Below are positions 24,501-31,749 of a stretch of 32,000 nt of DNA, piece by piece. This DNA comes from a virus: positions 6,539 through 38,538 of IMG/VR virus record IMGVR_UViG_3300045988_032849; one strand, written 5' to 3'. The notes beneath the pieces were generated by a model. That model saw nothing but the letters and a program-made list of their open reading frames with translations. It had not been told where the DNA came from and ran no database searches. Within the stretch, counting starts at the first letter, position 1. Every line of letters begins with the position of its first letter. Position numbers and translations under genes: made by a program.

Positions 24501-26593
24501 ACAAACTCTCTAAGAGTGTAGCGGCTAATAGTACCGCAATCACTCAGACTGATAACAAAATTAGTTTGAAAGCAGACCGGACAGAAGTCCAAACCGCTAA
24601 AGCTACGGCTGACAGTGCAGTGTCTAAAGGCCAAGAATTAGAGCGTAAAATCAACCAGACTAATGCAGAGTTACGTGTTACAGCGGATTCTATCGCCCAA
24701 AAGGTTTCAAGAGTTGATTTTGACAACCTTGGGAATAAAGTCACAAACGCTGAAACGCAAATCAGCACGTTAGCTGGCAAGATTGAAACTAAAATCTCTA
24801 GGGTTGACCTAGACAGTGCTATTGATAGCAAAGGCTTTTTGAAAGAGTCTGACGTCAACAGATTGGTCGATAACAAAGGTTTTGCGACGGCTACGGCTGT
24901 AACAAACCTTATCCAACAATCAGAACAAGGGACAACGCAGCTTATTAGCGAGGTCAAGAAACAGATTCCGTCGATTGACACGCTTTCTGTTGGTGGTGAG
25001 AACTTGATCCGTAACTCAGCTTTTCCGGACAGCCTGGACGGCTGGGGCTATTGGGAAGCATCGCAGCCTAACTCGAATTTATCTGTGTCAAGTCATTCAT
25101 TCTATTACAACGGTTCTAAGCCGTTGTTTTTGCTTTCAACAACAACAACAACAACAACGCCTAGCGCTACGATGAGATTTCCAGTGAAACGAAATACCAC
25201 TTATTCCCTTAATGTTTCGATTTCGGCAGGCGGTAACCTAAAGGGGATGGATATCTATTTTCTTGGGCGCAAGTCAAACGAAACTAAAACATTTAGCAAA
25301 GTAGTTAACATCAAGCATTTCGATGGTTCGCCATCCACAAGCGGTGTTAAGAAATTTCACTTCACTTTTAACTCCGGCGACTGCGATGAAGGCTTTATCC
25401 GTATCGATAATACTGGTACTACCAACGGCAGTCAGTCATTGCTATTCTTCACCGAGCTTGATTGTTACGAGGGAACTATGGACCGCGCTTGGCAACCATC
25501 GCCAAAAGATGCAAGTCAAGAGGTGACAGTCAAGTTCAACGAAATCAAGTCAACCGTTGACAGTTTCAGCCGTACCATTGGCGAACATGGGCAGTCTATT
25601 TCTCAGATTATCCAAGATGCCAAAGGTACGGTTTGGAAGGTGGAGAACCTAGAGGATAAGTGGGCGTTTAATCTCGGTGTCACTAACAAGCAACTAGACA
25701 AGCTAGACACCGGGCTTGAAGCTACCAAGTCCGAAATGTCCCAGATTGCTGGTTCATGGGCTGTCAAGAACCTAACAAGGTCGGGGGATGTACTCAACCA
25801 AATCAATCTTAACAAAGACGGCTCGGTTAAAATCGACGGTAAACTGGTTCAAATCACTGGTTCTACTTACATCGAAGATGGTGTCATTAGCTCGGCTAAA
25901 ATTGGAGAATTATCAGCAAGTAAAATCACTAGCGGGCGCTTAAACGCTTCACTGGTTGATGTTGTCAATCTAAACGCTTCAAGCGTTACTAGTGGCACGT
26001 TTACTGGTCTTAATTATCGAGGCGGACGGATTGAATCGTTAAACGGTTCAATGTTTTTCGATTTGAATAGCAACTATCTTCAAATGGGAGCAGATACCGC
26101 TTCAATCAGACGTGTTCAGCCCGGATATCCTGCGCAGTTTATCCGATACGAGACAAGCATCGACCAAGGCAACTATCGTTCCAAAACTATTATCGGTTCT
26201 AACCGAGAAGGGACGGACGCTTACAATGCTACGACGTTTTCTGGTGTTGTGATCCAAAACAACACTAACAACGATATCGATACATTGCATCTCTATGGTG
26301 ATAGAACATACTTTAGACATACGTTTACTAACGATGGATGGGATTTAGATGCGGTAACGCAACGACTTCGTCCGGGCATGATGGAAAAAGATTCACAGAT
26401 TTGGTCAGTCCAGTTTGCGACGCCGAAAAACGGGAAAGATTTTAGCACTGGAGCAATCAATATCACAGAGTCTCTTGCAGCGGTTTGGCGAATGTTCAAA
26501 CACTTCGAAGGAAATATCAAAATGCCAAACGAGCTTAAAACACTCATTCAGCATGGTTACAATAACTACGGCATCCACATGCCAGTGTTGTAA
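21554..26593 (+). CDS. Tail-associated lysin / host-specificity protein (Tal-type minor structural protein) with coiled-coil repeats and two CBM-like insertions
   Basis: 1679 aa. The N-terminal 380 aa or so is prophage-tail-like. Five 30-aa repeats are present. Two modules start with the (G)xNLIxxS motif at about nt 23850-24300 and 24990-25500. The C-terminal part (ISSAKIGELSASKITSGRL) is fibre-like. Confidence 0.85.
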   Translation: MIYLFDKDEKLIKIIRKPAIKTALQKFSLTTENYISDRLTVEMKALKDDELAKLEYMAIQSIDDTHKFHYFYIAQGNTKGDITTLVGVQSGIEELRKTVVYDKRPTDQRARPVIEWLLTGTNWSPRFVAETNPKSTNFYYISTFDALKKVCKVWGLEMQFFVEMNGAQIGARYIDFKRKIGEAVGKRVVYGHNALEILQEVEKTNLYTALVGRGKGEQVSSAEDTGKDADGYGRKINFEEVVWSKAKGDPLDKPLGQKYLEIPEMTAKYGIKQPDGKMRPKIGFVEFSEEEDKNELIKQTYDALIESSRPKLTLKTSTVYLKGVQIGDTIRVARHDRHLDYDTRIFEITFNRLNNESSDIKLGDRVSESNDAKVQSTVNKALDEFKAGEFTEFVKKLPEFIPSANGFNHNWYTSTDPTESHPGQVLINDSWYKPDPEHEGHTIMYRWTGEMWQEVLRTWDGTGLQDKIKKEFEKVAADMAKQQSEHDRVVAEITAKATNAETLASSAKSTAEDAFNRLNDVKSEAIAEARYLDTVERAETEKKIAASKKDALSEAVKLVDNAKSTLNTDLSETEKRVEALKGSIGTLSNDTSVQFAKINNALISVASKQDVDKVSQRVSNAETVLTQQAGQISAKASKEDVNAVSGRLNKAESSLTVQAGQISQKANKQDVDTLTGRVNRAETSITQQADMIASKANKQELDNVNNRVLNAESRITQQANEISQRVKTSDFNNATQRLATAESSITQLGNKITTEISRVDSKIPTDFGSRNLILKSADFENLHRQPGGGGNTTTDGQAFLIKSHSYSNDVYGGISWNMAIPEIKAGETFSLLVPVYIDSGVDIDRGAMIIIKNHKNNDNLVAYNIPTDLKNEWFDVKLIFTAGRGITLGEWPFYITVIRNGYLKIKPPMLVRGTLIPLQHTVAPEDVEAEISTVKTTITQTEQGVSQLSQKQSETDSRITNAETTVNHLVDEVSSKVSKTDFDKLSKSVAANSTAITQTDNKISLKADRTEVQTAKATADSAVSKGQELERKINQTNAELRVTADSIAQKVSRVDFDNLGNKVTNAETQISTLAGKIETKISRVDLDSAIDSKGFLKESDVNRLVDNKGFATATAVTNLIQQSEQGTTQLISEVKKQIPSIDTLSVGGENLIRNSAFPDSLDGWGYWEASQPNSNLSVSSHSFYYNGSKPLFLLSTTTTTTTPSATMRFPVKRNTTYSLNVSISAGGNLKGMDIYFLGRKSNETKTFSKVVNIKHFDGSPSTSGVKKFHFTFNSGDCDEGFIRIDNTGTTNGSQSLLFFTELDCYEGTMDRAWQPSPKDASQEVTVKFNEIKSTVDSFSRTIGEHGQSISQIIQDAKGTVWKVENLEDKWAFNLGVTNKQLDKLDTGLEATKSEMSQIAGSWAVKNLTRSGDVLNQINLNKDGSVKIDGKLVQITGSTYIEDGVISSAKIGELSASKITSGRLNASLVDVVNLNASSVTSGTFTGLNYRGGRIESLNGSMFFDLNSNYLQMGADTASIRRVQPGYPAQFIRYETSIDQGNYRSKTIIGSNREGTDAYNATTFSGVVIQNNTNNDIDTLHLYGDRTYFRHTFTNDGWDLDAVTQRLRPGMMEKDSQIWSVQFATPKNGKDFSTGAINITESLAAVWRMFKHFEGNIKMPNELKTLIQHGYNNYGIHMPVL
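23372..23821 (+). repeat. Five tandem 90-nt (30-aa) coding repeats inside Tal
   Basis: Units of the form (S/N)K.DVD.V..R...AE...TQQA..IS.KA repeat five times. Related units recur around 24460-24800. Confidence 0.8.
25136..25159 (+). repeat. (ACA)6-ACG trinucleotide run encoding poly-Thr inside CBM-like module 2
   Basis: tca aca aca aca aca aca aca acg translates to STTTTTTT. Confidence 0.95.
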
Positions 26594-26604
26594 AAGGAGA
26601 ATTT

Positions 26605-26832
26605 ATGAACGAACAAATTTACACTTCAATGATTCAAGATATCGCAAGTCAGAACGCTAATTTGACGATTGAAAAAGCTGAGTTTAAGGCTCGCTTGCGG
26701 GCAACTGTTAGCGAACTTGAGCAAGCTAAATCACAACTAGAGCGTTATCAAAATGTACTAGCATCTGATTCAGACCTTAACGACCTCTTTAATGAGGTAG
26801 CACAGAAAGGAGTGACGGATGAACAAATCTAA
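26605..26832 (+). CDS. Small coiled-coil protein (75 aa)
   Basis: RBS AAGGAG. Helical heptad-like sequence. Confidence 0.65.
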   Translation: MNEQIYTSMIQDIASQNANLTIEKAEFKARLRATVSELEQAKSQLERYQNVLASDSDLNDLFNEVAQKGVTDEQI

Positions 26833-27418
26833 TTTCAGTGTCACATCAAGTTATCTGACCAACCCGACAACAACAAGGATTGCTATCCAGTCCAAAGATG
26901 GCTCGACGTGGTTGACCCGTGATGTTCCCGGCGACCACACTAACAAGACGGATGAAGCTAAAATCCAGCTTATTCTGGATATCTTAGCGACTGAGTTGGA
27001 CCCTGCGGGAGCATTGGCACGCTATCAAGCCAAGTCAGAGGAATCGATTAAAGACCTCGACAGCCGCTTGAATTTAGCTGAGAAAGTCGCTGAACAAGGC
27101 GAGTTAACTCGTAAAATTGCTAACGTGTCCATTCTCAATGCGGTAATGAGCCAAAACATCCAGTACGGCACAATCTACAAGCAATATCTGGAATTGTTGC
27201 CAGTCGCTAAAAAAGGCGATGCATTCAACGCTGGTGACATCTTCGCTATCGAAGCCCCGGACCACGAAGAAGTGGACGGAGAAGGCAAATTGGTACTTAT
27301 CCAAGTTAACGGCTCTTTCACTTACGATAATCAACCGTTCGCTGATTTTGCAAAGGGTGGCAAGTTAGAAAATAACGGGGTTGCTACAGCATGGCTATTC
27401 AAACCGAAGGAGAATTGA
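26819..27418 (+). CDS. Hypothetical protein between Tal and the holin (199 aa)
   Basis: RBS AAGGAG at 26808. The stop overlaps the holin start (TGATG). Confidence 0.7.
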   Translation: MNKSNFSVTSSYLTNPTTTRIAIQSKDGSTWLTRDVPGDHTNKTDEAKIQLILDILATELDPAGALARYQAKSEESIKDLDSRLNLAEKVAEQGELTRKIANVSILNAVMSQNIQYGTIYKQYLELLPVAKKGDAFNAGDIFAIEAPDHEEVDGEGKLVLIQVNGSFTYDNQPFADFAKGGKLENNGVATAWLFKPKEN

Positions 27419-27852
27419 TGGTACAGAAACCAGACGGTATTTTTGGGGTTTTCGATGTGGTCAGAGACTTCTATGCACACGGTATCGATGAGCATTTATG
27501 GGTGTTTCTGCTAATGATTATCATTTTTAGCGACATCATTATCGGTGTGTCGAGGGCTTGGGCCGCTCATGAGTTTTCAAGCTCTAAATTTCGTAAAGGG
27601 CTAGTCAGCCATACCGCCATGATTACATTTGTAGCCATCTTTTATCCGTTTGCGGTCTTCATGAATCTGGGCGGTGTCCTAGATACATTTATCTTTGCAA
27701 TGATTGCAGCCTACGGCTCTAGTATTTTGGCTAGCTTATCAGCATTAGGGGTTGAAATCCCTTTTATCGACAAATACGTTAAGAGAAATATTGATAAAGA
27801 GAAGTTTTTTCTTAACTCAGAAGAAGAAAAGGAGAATACAGACAATGATTAA
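27418..27852 (+). CDS. Holin (multi-TM, Phage_holin_4-like)
   Basis: ATG follows AAGGAGA. Three to four hydrophobic helices (LWVFLLMIIIFSDIIIGV, AMITFVAIFYPFAVFM, FIFAMIAAYGSSILASL) and a charged C-terminus. Confidence 0.8.
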   Translation: MVQKPDGIFGVFDVVRDFYAHGIDEHLWVFLLMIIIFSDIIIGVSRAWAAHEFSSSKFRKGLVSHTAMITFVAIFYPFAVFMNLGGVLDTFIFAMIAAYGSSILASLSALGVEIPFIDKYVKRNIDKEKFFLNSEEEKENTDND

Positions 27853-28075
27853 TTTGAAATTACGACTTAAAAATAAAGTAACGCTAGCAGCTCTTATCTC
27901 AGCAGTTTTTATTATGCTGAGACAATTTGGTCTTGAGATTCCACACAACATTCAAGAAGGTGTCAATACTCTATTGATGATCTTGGTTCTACTCGGTATC
28001 GTTGTTGACCCTACGACCAAGGGTGTGGCAGACAGTGAACAAGCATTGAACTACAACGAACCTCGTGAGGACTAG
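27845..28075 (+). CDS. Holin (phi LC3 / Phage_holin_1-like, 76 aa)
   Basis: MINLKLRLKNKVTLAALISAVFIML ... LLMILVLLGIVVDPTTKGVADSEQALNY matches the family pattern. RBS AAAGGAGAA. The track start 27752 lies inside the previous gene. Confidence 0.8.
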   Translation: MINLKLRLKNKVTLAALISAVFIMLRQFGLEIPHNIQEGVNTLLMILVLLGIVVDPTTKGVADSEQALNYNEPRED

Positions 28076-28077
28076 CT

Positions 28078-28530
28078 ATGGCTAAACTCATGACCTCTAT
28101 CAATCAATTAGAAGGCGGTGACATTCTCAAGAGTGGGGATGTTACTTCCTTGTTTGGTTTTGAAATTCTAGGGGCTGATGGCAAGCGTATGGAGCTATCC
28201 GGTACTGGTAAGCTCTCGCTATCAAACAACGAAACCGTAGCACTCTATCAAGATGTAACCGTAGAGAACGGACATTTTACGTTTGTCATGGGTGATGTCG
28301 TAGAGCCTGGCACTTACTACCTTGAAATTAAATTAGGTGGGCATATTTTCCCATCTAACAATTTTAAGGTCAAAGTTAAGAGCTCACTGAATGCGGACAG
28401 TGCTATTCCATCGGACAAGAGCCCTAAATTAAAACTACTAGCGGATGAATTGCGAGAATCTGGGTTAATCAGTGGTGGCACTGATACGACGGAAGACCTC
28501 GTAAATGCCTACAATCTAGCTAAAATTTGA
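28078..28530 (+). CDS. Ig-like / BppU-N-like small structural-type protein (150 aa)
   Basis: Predicted beta-rich domain (FEILGADGKRMELSGTGKLSLS ... GTYYLEIKLGG). The C-terminal tail is EDLVNAYNLAKI. The assignment is tentative. Confidence 0.5.
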   Translation: MAKLMTSINQLEGGDILKSGDVTSLFGFEILGADGKRMELSGTGKLSLSNNETVALYQDVTVENGHFTFVMGDVVEPGTYYLEIKLGGHIFPSNNFKVKVKSSLNADSAIPSDKSPKLKLLADELRESGLISGGTDTTEDLVNAYNLAKI

Positions 28531-28543
28531 AAGGAATAACTAA

Positions 28544-28870
28544 ATGAGTAAATTACACGATTTTGCCCAAGCTGTTGGTGCAGACATTAAGGAAATTAAA
28601 ACTAGCCTAGCAGGCAAGGCTGATAAGGGTTTGGAAGGTGTTACCGAAGAACGTTTGACGCAAGCTCTCACACAAGTTAAGACTGACATCATTGGTGGAG
28701 CTCCCGAAAACCTTAACACACTCAAGGAAATTGCTGATAACATCGAAGCAGCTGGTGGCAATACCGGCAGTGGTATTATTACGAAAATGACTGAATTGGG
28801 TGGCCGTCTCGATACCATTGAGCAAGAAGACCTTGTAAGTGTATATAATTCTGCTAAAAACGCCCTCTAA
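28544..28870 (+). CDS. Tail-fibre-like coiled-coil protein (108 aa)
   Basis: Contains GGAPENLNTLKEIADNI, resembling the G-APE.LDTLKELA fibre repeat. The C-terminal tail is EDLVSVYNSAKNAL. Confidence 0.55.
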   Translation: MSKLHDFAQAVGADIKEIKTSLAGKADKGLEGVTEERLTQALTQVKTDIIGGAPENLNTLKEIADNIEAAGGNTGSGIITKMTELGGRLDTIEQEDLVSVYNSAKNAL

Positions 28871-28882
28871 GGAGGTTGATTT

Positions 28883-30298
28883 ATGAGCAATTTAAGCAAG
28901 GCTATTGAAGCCATCGGGCATGATATTGGTGAAATTAAAGGGAAACAATCTTCATCGTTGACTATCAATCAAGCGTATGGGTTATTTCCAACATATAATA
29001 ACTTTTTCCAACAGGTTGTAGAGCAAAACAAATGGGCGGAAGACCCGCTTGTAACAAAATCTCAACTACCTACAAAAGATATTAAAGAAGTTCAATCTGG
29101 TGTTATCGAAAACAAATACGAATTGCTAAACCCCTCGAATGGTGAACGATTTATCAGTCCTATTAGTTATTGGTATCCTGACTTCCATAAGACAACGTCT
29201 AAATGGAACCAAGCAATTACCATGTCTGACAAACTCGGATTTGTTATTATTAACCCTAATAGCGGACCCGGCGACCAAAAAGACGATATGTATGTTCAAC
29301 AAGCTATTCGTGCTAAAGCTGTAGGGGCCACTGTACTTGCATACGTAGCAACTGGATATGGTAAGGTTGAGATTGACTCTATTATCAGTCAAATCAAACA
29401 ATATCAAGAGTGGTACACAATCGAAGGCGTATTCCTAGACGAGACAATTAACGGGTTTTCTGAACAAGCTGATCTAATACCTAAATATATCGAAATGCAC
29501 AAACGTATTAAAGATACATACGGAAAAGACTTTATTGTTGTGGCTAATCCCGGTTCAAACGTTATTGAGTCTTTGTTAGACTCTGCTGACGTCTTTATGA
29601 ACTTCGAATCCGCTGCTGAAAAATATATTGATGGTTCTCGTGAAGTGACACCTTCATATTGTTTATCACAACCTTATAACAAGTTCTGGCATTGCGTCTA
29701 CAATGTTACAAAAGACAACTATAAGGCGGTTCTTGAAAAGGCTGATAAAGAGCATGTCGGACATCTCTATCTGGTTGACAATCCAAGTTATGGCAATCCA
29801 GCGGCCCCTTGGTTGCAAGAGGCCATGCGTGATTGGGCAAATAAAAACACCTCACTTGCAAAACGTGTTGAACGGTTGGAAACTTCTGGCGTGCCCACAA
29901 GTACCGTATCAGCACCAGAAATGGCTGTTTACAAAATCCCAGACGAATATTTTCCAGCATCGTTTAAGGGCAAAATAACGGCTAAAATGGCCGTCTATGG
30001 CAATGCTATTGATATCTCTATCAAGGTTAATGAGTATATCAGTAGCTCAACCGAAACAGATAATGACGAAGCGACGGAAACATGGCCAGAAAACTTGCTA
30101 GACTACGCTGGCAACCTAACTATTCCATTCACTAAGTATTCGTCTAAACAAGGTTATGCGCCGTTTCTGGTCGCTAATGCAAACGGTAAGCTCACGTTTA
30201 GAGGTTCTGGGATGGACGCAAACGGGGCATGCTTCGGACATGTCAACTATTTAGCTACTAACCCAACCGTTCCGACTGGTTGGACGAAATTAAATTAA
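28883..30298 (+). CDS. Spherulin-4 / GH135-like putative polysaccharide hydrolase with a fibre-like N-terminus and a beta-rich C-terminal domain
   Basis: The ordered motifs YWYPDF, W, VIINPNSGPG, Y, AYVATGYG, YQEWY and GVFLDE match my recollection of spherulation-specific family 4. Strong RBS TAAGGAGG. Confidence 0.65.
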   Translation: MSNLSKAIEAIGHDIGEIKGKQSSSLTINQAYGLFPTYNNFFQQVVEQNKWAEDPLVTKSQLPTKDIKEVQSGVIENKYELLNPSNGERFISPISYWYPDFHKTTSKWNQAITMSDKLGFVIINPNSGPGDQKDDMYVQQAIRAKAVGATVLAYVATGYGKVEIDSIISQIKQYQEWYTIEGVFLDETINGFSEQADLIPKYIEMHKRIKDTYGKDFIVVANPGSNVIESLLDSADVFMNFESAAEKYIDGSREVTPSYCLSQPYNKFWHCVYNVTKDNYKAVLEKADKEHVGHLYLVDNPSYGNPAAPWLQEAMRDWANKNTSLAKRVERLETSGVPTSTVSAPEMAVYKIPDEYFPASFKGKITAKMAVYGNAIDISIKVNEYISSSTETDNDEATETWPENLLDYAGNLTIPFTKYSSKQGYAPFLVANANGKLTFRGSGMDANGACFGHVNYLATNPTVPTGWTKLN

Positions 30299-30311
30299 GG
30301 AGGCCTACTAT

Positions 30312-31058
30312 ATGGCAACAGATAATGACATCATTCAATTTGCAGAAGACCTAGCTAATGCTGAGGTTGGTACCGATGCAGATGGATCATGGGGGACACA
30401 ATGCGTTGACCTGCCTAACTCTATCTCAATTAACTTCTTTGGCCGTGCTCTTTGGGGTAACGCCATCGACTTGCTAAACTCAGCGGCAGCAGCAGGCTAT
30501 GAAGTGGAATACAACCAAGAAGGCAACCTTGATAGCCGTCCACGCCGTGGGGCTGTATTCGTCATGGATACTACTTACATCTATGGCCACTCTTACGGGC
30601 ACACTGGTCTGGTTATCGAAGATTCAGACGGCTACACTATGCGAACTATCGAGCAGAATATTGACGGCAACGCTGATAGCCTTTATATTGGCGGTCCTGC
30701 TCGTTACAATACACGTAATTTTGACGGCATTGTAGGTTGGTTCTATTTCCCAACGGATAACCAATCACAAGCCCCTGCACCAACTCCGACCCCGTTTGAT
30801 GGTATAATTACTATTAACGAGGAAACCGGGACATTCACGGTTGAAGTCTCAGCTCTTAATGTTCGAGCTGGTGCCGGGCTAGGTGCTGAAATCGTGGCAG
30901 TCTATGGAGCCGGTGAAACTATCAACTATGACGGCTGGTGCGACGTTGACGGCTATATCTGGATTAGCTACATTGGCGGGTCTGGTAATCGCCGCTTTGT
31001 CGCAGTCGGTCAATCAGAGAATGGTCGCCGTATCACATCATTCGGATCATTCGCCTAA
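30312..31058 (+). CDS. Endolysin: N-terminal CHAP domain plus C-terminal SH3b (SH3_5) domain
   Basis: The catalytic Cys context is WGTQCVDLPN and the His context is GHTGLVIE. A P/T/A linker (APAPTPTP) follows. The SH3b part is LNVRAGAG.GAEIVAVYGAGETINYDGWCDVDGYIWISYIGGSGNRRFV. Strong RBS. Confidence 0.9.
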   Translation: MATDNDIIQFAEDLANAEVGTDADGSWGTQCVDLPNSISINFFGRALWGNAIDLLNSAAAAGYEVEYNQEGNLDSRPRRGAVFVMDTTYIYGHSYGHTGLVIEDSDGYTMRTIEQNIDGNADSLYIGGPARYNTRNFDGIVGWFYFPTDNQSQAPAPTPTPFDGIITINEETGTFTVEVSALNVRAGAGLGAEIVAVYGAGETINYDGWCDVDGYIWISYIGGSGNRRFVAVGQSENGRRITSFGSFA

Positions 31059-31151
31059 ATTAAAACCAAGACCACGAATCAAAATAAAATAAAAAGGAGT
31101 ATATCACCTCCCGACAGACCACAGTTCGGACATCATGGTGGTAGTGGTCGA

Positions 31152-31180
31152 AGCCCTGGCATTTGCTGGGGCTTTTTTTA
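31152..31180 (+). terminator. T1, late-operon intrinsic terminator
   Basis: AGCCCTGGC-ATTT-GCTGGGGCT forms a 9-bp stem and is followed by TTTTTTTATTT. Confidence 0.8.
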
Positions 31181-31182
31181 TT

Positions 31183-31191
31183 TGGTATAAT
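31183..31191 (+). promoter_or_regulatory. P1, extended -10 TGgTATAAT
   Basis: Perfect TGnTATAAT 3 nt after the T1 T-run. Confidence 0.5.
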
Positions 31192-31197
31192 ATATCT

Positions 31198-31247
31198 AGG
31201 AAAGTGCCAGTAACTCTACGGGGTCTGGTGCGTTTTTTATTTTTTTG
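31198..31247 (+). ncRNA. Predicted short RNA 1 (about 50 nt; P1 to T2)
   Basis: Bounded by P1 and by hairpin 31204-31231 (7-bp stem including 2 G-U pairs) followed by GTTTTTTATTTTTTT. Confidence 0.3.
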
Positions 31248-31254
31248 TTATAAT
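31246..31254 (+). promoter_or_regulatory. P2, extended -10 TGtTATAAT
   Basis: Perfect TGnTATAAT embedded at the end of the T2 T-run. Confidence 0.5.
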
Positions 31255-31260
31255 GTTATT

Positions 31261-31304
31261 GATTTTGATGAATAAGTACCGCTTTCGAGCGGTTTTTATT
31301 TATT
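31261..31304 (+). ncRNA. Predicted short RNA 2 (about 45 nt; P2 to T3)
   Basis: Ends in ACCGCT-TTCG-AGCGGT (6-bp stem with a UUCG tetraloop, 31278-31293) followed by TTTTATTTATTT. Confidence 0.3.
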
Positions 31305-31315
31305 TGTGTTATAAT
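31305..31315 (+). promoter_or_regulatory. P3, TRTG-type extended -10 TGTGtTATAAT
   Basis: Perfect Gram-positive -16 TRTG motif plus TATAAT. Confidence 0.55.
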
Positions 31316-31321
31316 ATACCC

Positions 31322-31460
31322 ACAGCAAGTAAGTCTTGACTGTTCCAAAGACTGATTAAGTTCAGCGCCATGTAAGCTATGTGCACGTAGCCCGATGGAA
31401 TTTATGGAACGGGTGCCGTCGTGCCCACCGAAAAGGGCTATTTGAGAGAGGGCCCTTTTT
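31322..31460 (+). ncRNA. Predicted RNA 3 (about 140 nt; P3 to T4), multi-hairpin
   Basis: Internal hairpins are AGTCTT/AAGACT (31329-31351), GCTA/TAGC (31376-31391) and GGGTGC/GTGCCC (31411-31426). The terminal stem AAAAGGGC/GCCCTTTT lies at 31431-31460. Confidence 0.3.
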
Positions 31461-31470
31461 GTGTTATAAT
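31460..31470 (+). promoter_or_regulatory. P4, TRTG-type extended -10 TGTGtTATAAT
   Basis: Identical 11-mer to P3. Confidence 0.55.
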
Positions 31471-31476
31471 ATGATT

Positions 31477-31523
31477 ATCTATCATAGGCAAAGAGCTATG
31501 AGTTTCCTCGTAGCTCTTTTTTA
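31477..31523 (+). ncRNA. Predicted short RNA 4 (about 47 nt; P4 to T5)
   Basis: Ends in an 11-bp hairpin AGAGCTATGAG-TTTC-CTCGTAGCTCT followed by TTTTTT. Confidence 0.3.
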
Positions 31524-31599
31524 TGTTTGCTAATCTCTACGATAAGTGATAACATAGGTTTCGGAATACTTGGCGTCATTTCGATAAATTTCTCGAACT

Positions 31600-31629
31600 G
31601 CCCCGGCTTTATGTCGGGCTTTTTATTTT
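31600..31629 (+). terminator. T6, intrinsic terminator
   Basis: GCCCCGGC-TTTAT-GTCGGGC (one bulge) followed by TTTTTATTTT. It is followed by a decayed promoter copy, TGTGTATAGCAT. Confidence 0.6.
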
Positions 31630-31713
31630 GTGTATAGCATTAGACATTTAATCTAAATAGAGGTACACTATAGACGGACTTTCACGTTCAATGTTTTTGT
31701 TTTTTTCATGCCG

Positions 31714-31744
31714 CTTGGTAGCTCATGCTGCCAAGTCTTTTTTT
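31714..31744 (+). terminator. T7, intrinsic terminator
   Basis: CTTGGTAGC-TCAT-GCTGCCAAG forms a 9-bp stem and is followed by TCTTTTTTT. Confidence 0.75.
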
Positions 31745-31749
31745 ATAAA

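Noticed and set aside
31135-31275. 46-aa hydrophobic ORF (MVVVVEALAFAGAFFIWYN...FFCYNVIDFDE) and other 20-23-aa peptides ending in ..CYN.., considered as possible type I toxins
   Set aside because: The hydrophobic and CYN residues are simply translations of T-runs and of TGTTATAAT. The ORFs run through strong terminator hairpins, lack RBSs, and some start inside the predicted -10 boxes.
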